Source: an uncultured Planctomycetia bacterium (GTDB lineage: Bacteria > Omnitrophota > Gorgyraeia > Pluralincolimonadales > Pluralincolimonadaceae). Taken from it: DNA of 64,000 nt. Under the pieces are notes generated by a model. It saw only the letters and a list, made by a program, of their open reading frames with translations. It was not told the DNA's origin and did not search any database. The stretch lies in NCBI GenBank assembly GCA_964650515.1, contig CAZYUB010000003.1:68096-132095 (forward strand), read 5' to 3'. The position numbers and the translations under genes are program-made. Positions 15,908 through 23,191 of the stretch are shown here, in pieces; position 1 is the stretch's first letter; each line of letters begins with the position of its first letter.

Positions 15908-16204
15908 TTATTCCTTAGCCCTTTTGGAACCGCCATCTCTCGCCTCCTTGTTTTCGTTTACAGGTTTAAGGCCTATCTTGTCCGCTATCTCAACGACTTC
16001 TTCCACCGATACGTTATCCAGGGTCTTGCCGCGTTTCTTCAGGTGCTCGTTGAATTTTACCGCTTTTTCCTTCATCACTTCATGGGTCACTTTTGACCCG
16101 CCGTAGAGCCTGAAATTATCGCCTACCGTTATCCTTTTACGCCCGTCATCGCAGTCAAATCCGAGCCCCAGCAGGGTCTTTTTAATGTTATTTTTCCCCG
16201 CCAT
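15908..16204 (-). CDS. hypothetical small basic protein
   Basis: The ORF track gives 16342, but the first 46 codons are Arg-rich junk overlapping the PilZ gene. The in-frame ATG at 16204 (MAGKNNIKKTLLGLGFDCDDGRK...) overlaps the PilZ stop as ATGA, so I use it. Confidence 0.4.
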   Translation of the reverse strand: MAGKNNIKKTLLGLGFDCDDGRKRITVGDNFRLYGGSKVTHEVMKEKAVKFNEHLKKRGKTLDNVSVEEVVEIADKIGLKPVNENKEARDGGSKRAKE

Positions 16205-16698
16205 CAGGACGCGAGCCTGCCTTTTATATAGGAGATCAGGCGTTCCCTGTTCCTGCCGTCGGTTTCGGCGAATTCGATGCCCGCAACGAAGGTCCTTCTG
16301 CCGTCCTTGTCGATGCGTTCGGGGCCGTTGCGGTCTTCGCACCAGACCACGCGTCCCTTTGTCTTTATGCTCTCACTGTTTTCCGGGATGGAAATCTCCA
16401 TGTTAATAAGGGAATTTTTCGGGAGTATCTCGTAAAGGATCACGGCAACGCCGGACTCGCTTATGTTCCTGCTGTTCGCGGTAAATTTCGGCGGCGCGGC
16501 CTTTAATAGGCTGTATTTTACGTCCAATTCGGCGTTTACGCGCTCGGACCTCCTCCTCTCCGGGCTTCCAGAATAATAGCCCTCGACCTTGCCGTGAAGG
16601 GCATATTTATCCTTGATGTCCCTGTCTTCTTTTGAGGAAAGGACATATATTACGAAAAGGACGCCTGCCGCGAGTATTGATACAAGTATTATCGTCAT
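16204..16698 (-). CDS. membrane-anchored PilZ-domain protein (c-di-GMP receptor-like)
   Basis: 164 aa. N-terminal TM 'IILVSILAAGVLFVIYVL', 'RRSERV' (RxxxR) and 'NISESGVAV' (D/NxSxxG) PilZ motifs. Confidence 0.6.
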   Translation of the reverse strand: MTIILVSILAAGVLFVIYVLSSKEDRDIKDKYALHGKVEGYYSGSPERRRSERVNAELDVKYSLLKAAPPKFTANSRNISESGVAVILYEILPKNSLINMEISIPENSESIKTKGRVVWCEDRNGPERIDKDGRRTFVAGIEFAETDGRNRERLISYIKGRLAS

Positions 16699-16706
16699 TT
16701 TATAGC

Positions 16707-16735
16707 AGTATATACATAATTTGACAGCATGTCAA
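16707..16735 (-). promoter_or_regulatory. sigma70-like promoter for the PilZ gene (minus strand TTGACA-17-TATACT); the -35 lies in the palindrome TTGACAGCATGTCAA
   Basis: Hexamers read from the reverse complement of 16707-16735, 9 nt upstream of the PilZ ATG. Confidence 0.4.
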
Positions 16736-16744
16736 CACGGACGG

Positions 16745-18919
16745 TCACACGTTCCACTGCTGCGACTCATAATCGGCCGAAGGGAGCGTTATCTGTATGG
16801 AGCCGAATTCCGGGCAGCGTTCGATCATCGCTCCCGAGCTTTCTATGGTGGCCAGGAGCCTTATCGCCTCTCCTGCCGCGGCGCCTATATCGGAGAAATT
16901 GATGCCTATTTCGAGTATCCTGTCAAATGCGGCCGTGCCGCAATTTTTTACGGCGGCCCAGGAGTCATCCCCGGAGAGGCTGTATATAGTATATTCGAGC
17001 GGTTTTTTGCCCGACAGGGCCGGTATCGAGATCTTCAAGCCCTTATCTATGAACAATATCCCAAGCCCGAGCTTTTCATCGCCGTTGTTATGCGACAGGT
17101 CGAACCTGAAGAACAAAGTGTCTTTATTGAAACCGAAATACAGTTGCCTCAATATCGTCTCGGACTGGTACATCGTGCCGCCGCGTTTGCTTACGTCGAC
17201 AAGCCCGGAATTCACCCATTCAAAATAATTCGTGTCCCTTCCGTCAAGCACGGGGCTCATGAACCCGGCCGGCTCCCTCGCTATCCTGGCCTTCTTTGCG
17301 CGTATAGGTATAGACAGGTACTCGGGAGGCGTCCTTCCGGCAAGCATGTATACGTTGGAAAGATGCATCCTGAAGAGGCGGTCGAACTCATCGTCGTTGG
17401 CGGACGAGTTATCCTCGCCATACCACCAGTTCCAGTCGCTGCCTTCGGCTATGAACATTTCCTTCCAGGCGTCCCGCAATACCGCGGGGTCGGGCTGGGA
17501 ACTCTCGAAATCCTTGAGCATATCTCTCGTCTCGGAAAGGTATTCCCATGCTTTGTTCTTCTCGTCATGCCCTATCCAGATGCAGAAATTAGCGTTTATC
17601 CATGAGCCGGGGTGGATTTTCTCCAGCCTGTCCTGCGCCGGGAACTGGTCGAGGTACTCGGAGACGGTGACTATCCTGAGTTTCGGATCATTCTGGAGGC
17701 CTTTGTAGAGGCACCTGAGGAAATCCCGGCCGTCATTCTGGTAGAATTCCCACGCATTCTCGCCGTCAAGTATTACAGGAACGAGATACGGCGCCCCGGA
17801 AGGTTTAGGCAGCTTGTCTTTTATGGAATGGAGCCTGCCGATGAAATCGGCTGCAGCGCTCTCCGCGGGCCAACTCTGATATACGAACCCTATTGCGTCG
17901 GATAACGTCCTGTCCCTGAATATGAGCGACAATGGCCCGCCCTGCGTTTCGACGATATAAGGCCTATAGAGCGATTCAAGGTTCTTTTGCATCTGCAGCG
18001 ATCGGAAGAGCACCTCTTCATCGGTTGCGGCCCATTTAATCCCCGCTTCCCCCATGATGCCGACGGCCTGGTCGCTTACGGACCCTTCCGAAGGCCACAT
18101 GCCCCGCGGTGGCCTGCCGAATTTCTCTTCGTAGTATTTTACAGCGGATTCTACCTGCTTCTTGGCGTCCTCCGGATGGCGGAACGTCGATTTCGGTAAC
18201 TTGATCTCTGGGTAAGATATTTTTGCGATATCGGTGTCACATAATAGCGGCAGTATAGGATGGAAATACGGGGATACCGAGATCTCTATAATGCCCTCCT
18301 CCTGTAATTTCCTGTATGTTGGGATTATCTCCCTCATTATATCAAGCTGCTTATTAAGGACCAGGTTCTTGTCATCCTCGTAAAAATATTTCCCCTTTTT
18401 TGACAGTGCCGCGAGTTCCACGTCCTTCTCCCTGAACATCGGGTCTATCCAGCAGAGGTTGAAAAGGACCTGCAGGTCGGTGAAATCCTGGGGCGTGAAA
18501 CGCTTTGATGCCGCAGCTGCTTCCTCCCGCGAGAAATGTCTCCCTCTCTTCATCAGTAGGTCGTAATATCTCGGGAAGGGCTTTATCATCATGTCCCAGT
18601 TTGCCATGAAGAAATTACGGAGTATGAACTGTTTGTCGTCTTCCGTAAGGTCTTTAGCGGGTTTTAACGACAACTGGAAAGCCGTGTCCTTCCGGGAGGC
18701 AGGGCCCGAAAGGTCTTCTATCTGCTCCATCAGTGACGGGACCATGTTGAAGGTCTGGTGGACGTCCGGATAGTCCCTCAGCATTAGCGCCATATCAAGG
18801 TAGTCCTTCACGGCGTGGAGCCGTACCCACGGCATGCTCGTCTCGCCCGTGAGCGTGTTCTTGTAGTAAGGCTGGTGCATGTGCCATACAAAAGCTATGT
18901 ACAGCGGTTCGTCTGCCAT
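16745..18919 (-). CDS. glycoside hydrolase family 57 enzyme (alpha-glucan active: amylopullulanase / 4-alpha-glucanotransferase / branching-enzyme type) with a C-terminal extension
   Basis: 724 aa. N-terminal 'YIAFVWHMHQPYYKN...WVRLHAVKDYLDM' is the GH57 signature region. The + strand 294-aa ORF 16721-17605 inside it is a GC-frame artefact. Confidence 0.8.
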   Translation of the reverse strand: MADEPLYIAFVWHMHQPYYKNTLTGETSMPWVRLHAVKDYLDMALMLRDYPDVHQTFNMVPSLMEQIEDLSGPASRKDTAFQLSLKPAKDLTEDDKQFILRNFFMANWDMMIKPFPRYYDLLMKRGRHFSREEAAAASKRFTPQDFTDLQVLFNLCWIDPMFREKDVELAALSKKGKYFYEDDKNLVLNKQLDIMREIIPTYRKLQEEGIIEISVSPYFHPILPLLCDTDIAKISYPEIKLPKSTFRHPEDAKKQVESAVKYYEEKFGRPPRGMWPSEGSVSDQAVGIMGEAGIKWAATDEEVLFRSLQMQKNLESLYRPYIVETQGGPLSLIFRDRTLSDAIGFVYQSWPAESAAADFIGRLHSIKDKLPKPSGAPYLVPVILDGENAWEFYQNDGRDFLRCLYKGLQNDPKLRIVTVSEYLDQFPAQDRLEKIHPGSWINANFCIWIGHDEKNKAWEYLSETRDMLKDFESSQPDPAVLRDAWKEMFIAEGSDWNWWYGEDNSSANDDEFDRLFRMHLSNVYMLAGRTPPEYLSIPIRAKKARIAREPAGFMSPVLDGRDTNYFEWVNSGLVDVSKRGGTMYQSETILRQLYFGFNKDTLFFRFDLSHNNGDEKLGLGILFIDKGLKISIPALSGKKPLEYTIYSLSGDDSWAAVKNCGTAAFDRILEIGINFSDIGAAAGEAIRLLATIESSGAMIERCPEFGSIQITLPSADYESQQWNV

Positions 18920-20332
18920 TTATCTTATCCTGTTCGAGACCAGCCCGAGGGCGTTATTGCTGCGATATGCTTCGTAATCAACCAGGTAGCCGTGGTTCTT
19001 GTTGGCGGATATGTATTCCCTGTATATGTTAAGCTCTATAATGCAGAAGACCCTCTCCGGTGACCTTAGGTATTTATCGAGCTTGTCGTAATCATGGAAT
19101 TCGTCCATTTGGTTGCGTCCGCTGTAATAGATCCAGTATACCGGTTTTACAAGGTATGCCGACAGTTTGCCGTCCGGTCCTATATGCTCCGTTATCCGCG
19201 ATCCGAAATATTTCGGGGACTTGAGCCTATCTATATGCGGAATAACGAAAAGCGAGACCGAGGTGCTGAGCACGAACATGACCGCGAGCGAGACGAACAC
19301 GTGCCTCAACGGCCTGCGCCTCTTATCCCAGTAGTAACCGATCGCCATAGCGGCCGCGGGGTACACCGGCAATACATATAGTATATTCTTAGAACTCGAT
19401 ATCGTAAAGAAGAACAATATGGATAAAGGCCAAGCCGACAGCAGTTTCATACGGCCGTCCTTCCTGTCTTTCGCGAGCAGCGATATAGCCGCGGGCAGGA
19501 AAACGGCCCAGGGCAGGAAACCCGCAGGGAAAGCGTAAAAGTAATAAAGCAAGGGTTCTTTGTGGTCGAATGCCTCGAAGTACCGGCCGAATATCTGCCT
19601 GCCGAGAAGCTCTTTTGTATACTCCTCCCCTCCCCTTATACATGCAGGCACCAGCCACGACGCAATAATGGCCAGGAAAACAAGAAAGCCAAATGCGGTT
19701 CCCCACGACAGCAATGCTTTCATCTGCCTTGTAAGCAGCGCATAGGCAGATATAGCCAGCGCCGGCAGGATGAGCCCTACCGGCCCTTTTGTCAGCGTAG
19801 CCAGGGCCATCAGAATGAAAGCCGTAAAATAGCATACGCTCCTCGCGCGCCCAGCCTTCGCAATGCCCGTATATAATAGATACAGGGCGGACACCGTAAG
19901 GAACGTGAATAAGGCGTCAAGCATTACCATTTGGGAAGCTGCGAAGAAGGCGACAGTAGTGCTCAGTACAAGGCCGGATATCAGGGCGGTATTCCCGTTG
20001 AACATTTTTCTCGCAAATATATATGTCGCGACAACGGTGCCAGTGCCGGAGAGGACCGATACGAGCCGTGCGGCTATATCGTTTACGCCACCGGATAAGA
20101 GGCCGAACAGGGAGATAACCCAGAAGAATACGGGCGGTTTTTGTGTATATATCTGGCCGTTGATACGCAATGTCAGCCAGTCGCCGCTGTCAACCATGCC
20201 CTTGGAGATGGCGGCGTATCGCGTCTCGTCCGGAGTCCAGAGCCCCCTCAGCAGCGACCCGGGCAGGAAAAGCGCGAGGCACACGAAGACAAGTATAGCG
20301 ATATGCAGAACGGCCTTATTTGGCAGCGTCAT
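18920..20332 (-). CDS. GT-C membrane glycosyltransferase, family GT39/GT83 (ArnT / PMT-like, polyprenyl-phosphate-sugar dependent)
   Basis: 470 aa, ~11 TM segments. N-terminal 'LRGLWTPDETRYAAISKGMVDSGDWLTLRINGQIYTQKPPVFFW' matches the ArnT/PMT conserved loop-1 region. Confidence 0.75.
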   Translation of the reverse strand: MTLPNKAVLHIAILVFVCLALFLPGSLLRGLWTPDETRYAAISKGMVDSGDWLTLRINGQIYTQKPPVFFWVISLFGLLSGGVNDIAARLVSVLSGTGTVVATYIFARKMFNGNTALISGLVLSTTVAFFAASQMVMLDALFTFLTVSALYLLYTGIAKAGRARSVCYFTAFILMALATLTKGPVGLILPALAISAYALLTRQMKALLSWGTAFGFLVFLAIIASWLVPACIRGGEEYTKELLGRQIFGRYFEAFDHKEPLLYYFYAFPAGFLPWAVFLPAAISLLAKDRKDGRMKLLSAWPLSILFFFTISSSKNILYVLPVYPAAAMAIGYYWDKRRRPLRHVFVSLAVMFVLSTSVSLFVIPHIDRLKSPKYFGSRITEHIGPDGKLSAYLVKPVYWIYYSGRNQMDEFHDYDKLDKYLRSPERVFCIIELNIYREYISANKNHGYLVDYEAYRSNNALGLVSNRIR

Positions 20333-20609
20333 ATTTTTTCTTATGTATAAGCATTATGTTGCGAAGGTAAACGATAGAACCGAACGACTGCCCGAGAATG
20401 AACACGGGGTCCTTCCTATATATGGCGTAGGAAAGCAGTATAAGGCTTCCGAGTATACTAAAGTACCAGAAAGCGTTAGGGATGACACTCTCCCCTTTCC
20501 TCTCGGACGCTATCCATTGGAAGACGAAACGCAGTGAAAAGCACAACTGCCCTATTAACCCGAAAGCGACCCAAAAGTTCAATATGCCGGGATTCATAAC
20601 TCCTCCCAC
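20316..20609 (-). CDS. LAB_N (lipid-A-disaccharide synthase N-terminal domain) family small membrane protein
   Basis: 97 aa. 'FSLRFVFQWIASERKGESVIPNAFWYFSILGSLILLSYAIYRKDPVFILGQSFG' closely matches recalled LAB_N proteins that accompany GT2/GT-C pairs. Confidence 0.55.
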   Translation of the reverse strand: MGGVMNPGILNFWVAFGLIGQLCFSLRFVFQWIASERKGESVIPNAFWYFSILGSLILLSYAIYRKDPVFILGQSFGSIVYLRNIMLIHKKKYDAAK

Positions 20610-21295
20610 TTATAATGAAAATGCCTCTTCTTCATCCAGGCAACCGCAAGCAGGTCCAACAACGGACTGACCAGCCTCTTGCTGAGATTGTATTTCGACC
20701 TTCCGTATCTCCTCGAATTATGCGACACTTCCACCTCTTCCGCCCTGAAGCCCTCCATCCTGGCTAGCGTAGGCAGGAAACGGTGCATCCCGTCATACAG
20801 TTTTATTTTTTCGAGGCAGTGTTTTCTATAGGCCTTCAGTGAACAGCCGGTGTCTTTGATATCTTCCCCGGTGACCTTATTCCTTATGAAATTCGCTATG
20901 CTCGATGAGGCCAGCTTAAGGAGCGGGTCCTTCCTGTCCCTTCGCCAGCCGTATGCCATGTCGCAGGACTCCAGCTTATCTACCAATTTAGGGATGTCCT
21001 CCGGATCGTTCTGCAAGTCGGCGTCAAGGGTCACAATGATATCTCCCCTTGCCGACCTGAAGCCGCGGTCGAACGCCGCGCTCTGGCCGCAATTCCGGTC
21101 GAAACTGATTATGCGGACAACCGGATATTTTTCCTTTAGCATTTTCATTACATTAAGGCTGCCGTCCGTTGAGCCGTCATTAATAAGTATGACTTCCGCG
21201 CTATCCCCGAGCTTCGGCAGGACAAAAGATATTTTTTCCAGCAGCAAGGGAAGGTTGTCTTGCTCATTATATACAGGGATAATTATGGAGACCAT
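20594..21295 (-). CDS. GT2 polyprenyl-phosphate glycosyltransferase (ArnC / DPM-synthase-like)
   Basis: 233 aa. 'VSIIIPVYNEQDNLPLL', 'LINDGSTDGS', 'DADLQNDPEDI' are GT2 DxD-type motifs. Confidence 0.85.
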   Translation of the reverse strand: MVSIIIPVYNEQDNLPLLLEKISFVLPKLGDSAEVILINDGSTDGSLNVMKMLKEKYPVVRIISFDRNCGQSAAFDRGFRSARGDIIVTLDADLQNDPEDIPKLVDKLESCDMAYGWRRDRKDPLLKLASSSIANFIRNKVTGEDIKDTGCSLKAYRKHCLEKIKLYDGMHRFLPTLARMEGFRAEEVEVSHNSRRYGRSKYNLSKRLVSPLLDLLAVAWMKKRHFHYKWEEL

Positions 21296-21313
21296 ATGGG
21301 CCTGTCTTGGTTT

Positions 21314-21348
21314 AAAAAAAACCCCCGGGGTTTTGCCCCGGGGGTTTT
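21314..21348 (-). terminator. rho-independent terminator of the porin gene: perfect 9-bp G+C stem CCCCCGGGG/CCCCGGGGG with a 5-nt loop, flanked by A8 and T4 (bidirectional)
   Basis: Seen directly, 14 nt downstream of the porin stop (on the minus strand). Confidence 0.65.
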
Positions 21349-21361
21349 CATCTAACCTAAG

Positions 21362-22960
21362 TTAGAAGGCAACCTTTACGCCGGTGGTGAGTATAATGGC
21401 GTTGTCGGTGCTCTTGGTGTATGAGTCGGTGTTGTCCTTGAAGAAGTTACCGGGCATAAATATGCCGCCGGTTACGTCAAACTGGACATCTTCGGTATAA
21501 TCGTATACCAAAGAAGCATCAACTTCATTACCAAGGCTCCTGCTCCTGCCTTCAACCTTCTCGGCAACCCAGAAGTGGAGGTATCTCGCCTTGAGGGAGA
21601 GATCATCCATGGGCTTCAATCCGCCATCAACATAAAGGGTCATGCTGTTGGTGGAGCCTGAAGGATCTTTCGGGTCCAATGTCTGGTAGAGGTTTCCACC
21701 GATGCCGTTCCACGCTGACTGTGTACCAGCCATGTAGTCGCGGATCATCGAGTTGTACTTGCCCTTGAACATAGGATCCCAGGCGTTGAACTTGCCGCCA
21801 TTTGCGCTCTCTTCACCGGAAAGATATGTGAAGCCAAGGCCGAGGTTCGGCTTGTAGCTTACATCTTTCCACATGTAATCACCGGAAACGTCGATAGCCC
21901 AAGCGAGTCTCTTTCTCTCGATCGCGCCACCGCTGGTTGAAGAGTTATACGAACCGGTCTCGTCAATGAGTTTGCCCCACTGCACGGCACCCTCACCGGA
22001 CAAGGTCAGGTTCTCAACCGGGTCAATGTCACCCCTCATACCGAATACGCTGACTTCGCTCCTGTCGTACACCCTGGCGCCCGCGCCGGGAACCGTCGTG
22101 TCGGCATAGAAGGCCGCGTTCGCAATGAGGTCGACCGGGTCGATGTATCCGAGGTCGGAAGCAAGGCCGTTGTCGTTCTTGTAGAAGTAGTAGCCTTCAA
22201 CCTTCGAATTGTAGTTGTCGAACTTGTAAGCGGCGTTGACACCGATCAAGTCCATGTCATCGTTGGCTGTGTCGGTCTCGCTTATCTTCGAGTAGATACC
22301 ATCGATCGTCCACGGGTCGAGGTCCAAGGTAGCGCGTATAGCGTCATAGTACGTGCTGACGGAATACTGCTGACCCATCGGGCCCGATATCGCGACGTTC
22401 GTGTTGCCTGCGCCTAAGTCGAAACGATCGGGTACATTATCAGCCCTCGGGAATGCGAAAGCGCCGGACGGATCCCTGAAGATACCAGGTCCGATTATGA
22501 AACCGTCGCCAAACGCAACGTCCTGACGACCTATCTTAAGCGTTAACGGCTGATAGAAGAACTCTCTCATCGTTATGAACGCTTTGTTTACCATTACGCC
22601 GGTGTCAAAACCGGTGCCGGCCCAGCCGCCCCACTCGCTCTGGTTCGCGAGGACTATGGAAGCCGAGACGTTATCGGTAAGGTCTGAATCAACTCCAACC
22701 TTTATCGTTGAAAGGATGAAGCTGTCCTGGTCCTCGTTTATCGAGGCGCCGGAACCGAGGTTGCCGATGTTCTGTACACCGGGCGCCGGGAAGCGGAGGT
22801 TCGTTGACTCTTCCGACTTGCCCCTGAGGTCCCAGTTGTTCATGTAGATCGCGCGCTCTTCTATGGAGCCGCTGACCTTTATGTTCTGTACCGCAGCGAA
22901 CGTAGGAGCCGCTATCGCGACTACCATCGCAGCTACGAAGAGAACTTTCAATAACTTCAT
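21362..22960 (-). CDS. outer-membrane beta-barrel porin-like protein
   Basis: 532 aa. Signal peptide 'LFVAAMVVAIAAPTFA', Gly/Asp/Tyr-rich alternating sequence, C-terminal '...TGVKVAF' ending in Phe. Followed by a strong terminator. Confidence 0.55.
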   Translation of the reverse strand: MKLLKVLFVAAMVVAIAAPTFAAVQNIKVSGSIEERAIYMNNWDLRGKSEESTNLRFPAPGVQNIGNLGSGASINEDQDSFILSTIKVGVDSDLTDNVSASIVLANQSEWGGWAGTGFDTGVMVNKAFITMREFFYQPLTLKIGRQDVAFGDGFIIGPGIFRDPSGAFAFPRADNVPDRFDLGAGNTNVAISGPMGQQYSVSTYYDAIRATLDLDPWTIDGIYSKISETDTANDDMDLIGVNAAYKFDNYNSKVEGYYFYKNDNGLASDLGYIDPVDLIANAAFYADTTVPGAGARVYDRSEVSVFGMRGDIDPVENLTLSGEGAVQWGKLIDETGSYNSSTSGGAIERKRLAWAIDVSGDYMWKDVSYKPNLGLGFTYLSGEESANGGKFNAWDPMFKGKYNSMIRDYMAGTQSAWNGIGGNLYQTLDPKDPSGSTNSMTLYVDGGLKPMDDLSLKARYLHFWVAEKVEGRSRSLGNEVDASLVYDYTEDVQFDVTGGIFMPGNFFKDNTDSYTKSTDNAIILTTGVKVAF

Positions 22961-23138
22961 TTTTAATCTCCTCTGTTAAGTTATATTCCAAAACGGGTTT
23001 AAAGTTCAAACCCAACGTATTTGCCTATTTATGTGCTTATCATCATGTTTTTGATAACTTCCAGCTTTTTAATTCATCCCTCCTTTCCCGCTATAATTGA
23101 AGCTATCTATGATGTTAGAGCCTTGTCTTATGTGCTCT

Positions 23139-23168
23139 AAATTAACATACGAGATACTTTTTGTCAAG
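23139..23168 (-). promoter_or_regulatory. sigma70-like promoter (minus strand TTGACA-17-TAATTT) upstream of the porin gene, giving a ~175-nt leader
   Basis: Hexamers read from the reverse complement of 23139-23168. Confidence 0.35.
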
Positions 23169-23191
23169 CAATTTTTTTGTATTTTAGGGGA

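Noticed and set aside
15908-16342. ORF-track 144-aa version of the small basic protein and 16342 start
   Set aside because: The first 46 residues (MRRPQRPRTHRQGRQ...) are the out-of-frame shadow of the PilZ gene. The ATG at 16204 overlapping the PilZ stop gives a sensible 99-aa product.
16721-17605. 294-aa + strand ORF (and many other 60-320-aa ORFs on the opposite strand of large genes, such as 1467-2192, 11022-11879, 26316-27230, 27514-28611, 29976-30845, 32010-32771, 34862-35827, 52886-52983 and 62004-62915)
   Set aside because: They lie entirely inside well-supported genes on the other strand. They are Arg/Pro/Gly/Ala-rich as expected for antisense frames of GC-rich DNA, and they lack RBS or recognisable domains. 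I treat them as frame artefacts.
21296-21361. Promoter for the GT2-LAB_N-GT-C-GH57 operon in the 66-bp gap after the porin gene
   Set aside because: The gap is almost entirely occupied by the strong porin terminator hairpin (21314-21348), leaving no room for -35/-10 elements. The operon is probably driven by terminator read-through or an internal promoter, so no promoter feature was called.
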